A stretch of DNA of 64,000 nt from a virus. Taxonomy: Duplodnaviria > Caudoviricetes. The translations under genes were made by a program, and so were the position numbers. Shown here one piece after another: positions 60,945 to 64,000 of the stretch (position 1 is its first letter; the number at the start of each line of letters is the position of its first letter). Location: IMG/VR virus record IMGVR_UViG_3300020037_004820, one strand, 5' to 3'. Below the pieces are notes generated by a model. That model searched no databases and was not told where the DNA came from. It saw nothing but the letters and a program-made list of their open reading frames with translations.

Positions 60945-63900
60945 ATGTATAATAATTTGATAATCAATAATATTCAAGAAGCATTTTGGCCAGAAGATAA
61001 AACAAAGTTAAACGGCGCCGCTCCTAAAAAAACAGGAAATCCGCAAAAAGAACCAGAATTATTCGGAAGTGGAGATACGTCAAAAGTAGAAAATGCTTAC
61101 AAAACATATTTTAGAAAATATATTGATGGAGAAGTTACAATTGGAGGAAAACCTTCAAGAAAAACAAATATTACTTTAATAGGTCCTGCTCCTGGTACTC
61201 CAATTGATGAGCAAGAAAAAGCAGAGTTAATTTATAAAGAAGCTGAAGCAATATTAGGCGCATATATTAAAGAAATTTTCGGAGAAGAACAAACACATTT
61301 TAAAGAAGTTTCTAAAAGAGTATCAGATGTAAAAGATTTAGTTAAATCTAAAAATCTTTTACAAAAAGTATATGATAATATATCTAAAAAATTAAGTAAA
61401 TCACAACAAACTAAAGTTGATAAACAAGCTTCATCTATTGTTCATACTGAACCTTCTCATAGAGGAGAATATACTCATTCAACTGAAACTGAAAAAGTTC
61501 CAGCGCCAGGAGATCTTTATGATCAAGAAGGCGCTATTGACCAAGATGTGACAAAAGTTTCAAAACTTGGAAAAGCTGTAAAAAATATTAATGCCCCTTT
61601 AGCAGATGCTGAAAATGCAAATCGTGCAAAAGTTGCAGAAGATAATCGTCCAACAAATCCTTATGTTATATATAATAACAAATCTTCTACAGGTTTTTCT
61701 AGAGTTGTAGTTAGAGCAGATGGTACAGCAATTACTCAAGATGTACCTCAAGCGGAATATTATGCAACAAGTCATATAGGAGTTCCTACCTTAGATGATA
61801 ATAGACTTAATGAAGAACAAGAAAGAATTTCTGTTCAAATAGAAAATTTGACAGCAGAAATAGCGGCTAAATCTCGTGAGAATGATGCTATATCTAAAAT
61901 AGTTGATCCTAAAATTGATCAATATGTTTTACGTGTACTAAATGTTTCTAATGATGGGACATCTTCTTGGCCTAATGCACAAAGAAGACCTCCACAAGCT
62001 AATCCTGCTTCTTCCCCTTTATCATTATATAATCAAGCTATTAAATCGAAAAATCTTGGAGAAGTAAAATCTAATTTTATGGCATTGGAACAAAACGTTG
62101 CTCCAATATTTGCTGATTATTTTGGTTTATCAGAGCTTCATTTGGAAGGTATAGTTGATCAAACTACATCAGAGCCAAAGTTTCCTCAAATTCAATTAAT
62201 GAATTTGATTATATCTAGAGTTATTCAAAAAATTCATTCGGAAGCTAAGAAAAGTGATTTAATCAAAAGAGAGTTATCTTTAATTTCTGCTGGTGAATCT
62301 ACAAAGATAAATGATCCCGCAGCTTTCTATACAACTCCTGGTGGAGAATATAAAGAAAGACTTAATAGAACATTAAAATCTATATCAGAAAATGAAGTAA
62401 TAGCTTTTCAAAAATTGTTTGCAGAAAACAAATATGCTGCAATTGGGCAAGCCTTTTCCAATGCAGAAAGACTTATGTATTCAACTATTCAGAAAAATGT
62501 GAATGCTATAAATGTCTTTTTAAACCAAAACAAAGGATCTGTTTTAGCATATGCTAAATCTTTGCAAGAAAAGATAATAAGATATTCACAAGCTGCTCCT
62601 GTTAATCAATATGAAACAGAATATGAAGATATAGGACTTACAGATGCTTTTGAAAGTCAATCTTCTTTGATTGGTAAAAAATGGAGAGAACGTTTCTCTA
62701 AGATACCCGCAGAAGCAAAACCTTTCTCAGAAATTTCTGCCTTTATAAAGTTAGTGGATTCTAAATTTTCTAATCAAGAAGCTATAGATCAAGAGAATTT
62801 TAAAGTTACAGCTCAAGAAATGTCTTCTACATTTTTTAATCCTGTTTTATTCTTTTTGAGTTTATTAGATAATCCAAATGTATTAAAAAATGATCAAATT
62901 GATGCAACTGAATTAGTACGATCAGATTGGGGCAAAAACCTTAGAGATTATATGGGAGCTCAAAAAATCTCCTATTCAACTCCTAGAGAAGATTTAGCAG
63001 TATTATTAGATATTAACAAATTTATGCGTGATGGTCTAAGTAAAGTAACTGTTGATAATCCTTCTAGTGAGTTAGGTCAAAGATTACAACAAGCTGGGGA
63101 ATCTCAACCATCTCCCGTAAAAAATACTGCTGGTTTACAACTCATGTCTGGAGACAGAGATGTTCTTGTTAATACAAGAGATTTCATTAATAAACTTAAA
63201 ACAGAATTACCAACGAGTTATTCTGCTTTGATATTCTCTGAATTAGGAAGGTTGCGTAAAGAAATATTAGCTAAGAAAGCATCTAAAGAATTTGAAGCAG
63301 CAGCTCAAATATTCAATGGTCCATATTCTAAAGCTAAAGAAGATGTAATTGCCATACTTTCTCCTATATTAAGAGAATTCTTATTTGAAAGATATGCACA
63401 AGATACTAGACTTATTGAAACTGAACATTTGTTTTATGCAATGCTTCGTGAATTCAATAAATTAGTGGAAAATTATGATCCCGACTCTGGACAAGATATT
63501 GAAACTTATCTTTTGTCTGGATTGAAAGATTTTAATCGTTCTAAAGTAGTAAGGGCTATGCATGGTGGATCAGATCGTTTGTGGTATATCCCCCAAGATA
63601 ATGAATCTATTATGGATATTATTCATGCTATATTGGATGCTGCTGAAATCAAAGAAATGCATAAGAAAGAATCTTTTCATAGTGTAAGAGAAATTGCATT
63701 AAAACCTCCAGAGCCAGAATTTAACTCTAATAGTGCTTCTTTAGTTAAGAAACGTTATTTAGAAAAACAAGCTTATGAGGCAGAAAAAGCTCGTTCTATA
63801 AAAAGAGTAGATAAAAGAACAGGTAGAGAAATTTATGAAGTTTTAGATGTTGCAGACAAAGATGTAACATATTATACAATTGAACCTAAAGAATCTATAG

Positions 63901-64000
63901 TTAGAGATCCTGAACAAGCTGCGCAACTTATAGCTAAGTTATGGAGCAGTTTGGAAAAAGTATTTTGGAAAAAATTAGAACGTATTGGATTTTCTCCTAA
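60945..64000 (+). CDS. 3'-partial large protein (>1000 aa), probably structural/late
   Basis: ATG 60945 after GGAG and ACTATTTAT; same frame still open at window end (...VFWKKLERIGFSP); missing from the ORF track because it has no stop. Confidence 0.7.
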   Translation, partial: MYNNLIINNIQEAFWPEDKTKLNGAAPKKTGNPQKEPELFGSGDTSKVENAYKTYFRKYIDGEVTIGGKPSRKTNITLIGPAPGTPIDEQEKAELIYKEAEAILGAYIKEIFGEEQTHFKEVSKRVSDVKDLVKSKNLLQKVYDNISKKLSKSQQTKVDKQASSIVHTEPSHRGEYTHSTETEKVPAPGDLYDQEGAIDQDVTKVSKLGKAVKNINAPLADAENANRAKVAEDNRPTNPYVIYNNKSSTGFSRVVVRADGTAITQDVPQAEYYATSHIGVPTLDDNRLNEEQERISVQIENLTAEIAAKSRENDAISKIVDPKIDQYVLRVLNVSNDGTSSWPNAQRRPPQANPASSPLSLYNQAIKSKNLGEVKSNFMALEQNVAPIFADYFGLSELHLEGIVDQTTSEPKFPQIQLMNLIISRVIQKIHSEAKKSDLIKRELSLISAGESTKINDPAAFYTTPGGEYKERLNRTLKSISENEVIAFQKLFAENKYAAIGQAFSNAERLMYSTIQKNVNAINVFLNQNKGSVLAYAKSLQEKIIRYSQAAPVNQYETEYEDIGLTDAFESQSSLIGKKWRERFSKIPAEAKPFSEISAFIKLVDSKFSNQEAIDQENFKVTAQEMSSTFFNPVLFFLSLLDNPNVLKNDQIDATELVRSDWGKNLRDYMGAQKISYSTPREDLAVLLDINKFMRDGLSKVTVDNPSSELGQRLQQAGESQPSPVKNTAGLQLMSGDRDVLVNTRDFINKLKTELPTSYSALIFSELGRLRKEILAKKASKEFEAAAQIFNGPYSKAKEDVIAILSPILREFLFERYAQDTRLIETEHLFYAMLREFNKLVENYDPDSGQDIETYLLSGLKDFNRSKVVRAMHGGSDRLWYIPQDNESIMDIIHAILDAAEIKEMHKKESFHSVREIALKPPEPEFNSNSASLVKKRYLEKQAYEAEKARSIKRVDKRTGREIYEVLDVADKDVTYYTIEPKESIVRDPEQAAQLIAKLWSSLEKVFWKKLERIGFSP

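Overview
This window is a 64-kb piece of a large, AT-rich dsDNA bacteriophage genome (jumbo-phage-like). It is densely coded in the standard genetic code, in three strand blocks: + 1-22.7 kb, - 22.8-55.7 kb, + 55.8-64 kb. It carries nucleotide-metabolism genes (PurA, IMPDH/GMPR, ThyX, dUTPase, MazG-like), a family A DNA polymerase, an ATP-dependent DNA ligase, GroEL/GroES, ClpP, peptide deformylase, a GGQ release-factor domain, a sigma70-type factor, homing endonucleases and 14 tRNA genes. Most notable: (1) a complete phage-encoded ubiquitin-like conjugation cassette (Ubl-GG, E2, JAB/MPN, E1) at 56.8-59.9 kb with its own promoter and terminators. (2) An RNA-repair region with Ro60/TROVE flanked by one tRNA-mimicking YrlA-type Y RNA and three short paralogous Y-RNA-like elements. 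(3) Two paralogous structured ncRNAs of a family I cannot name, each lying 5' of a tRNA-Pro. (4) A WGR-PARP (H-Y-E) gene near a macrodomain gene. (5) A recurrent TTGACN-N16-TAT promoter motif, often embedded in GC-rich patches inside genes. All calls come from motif recognition by eye; no database searches were run.
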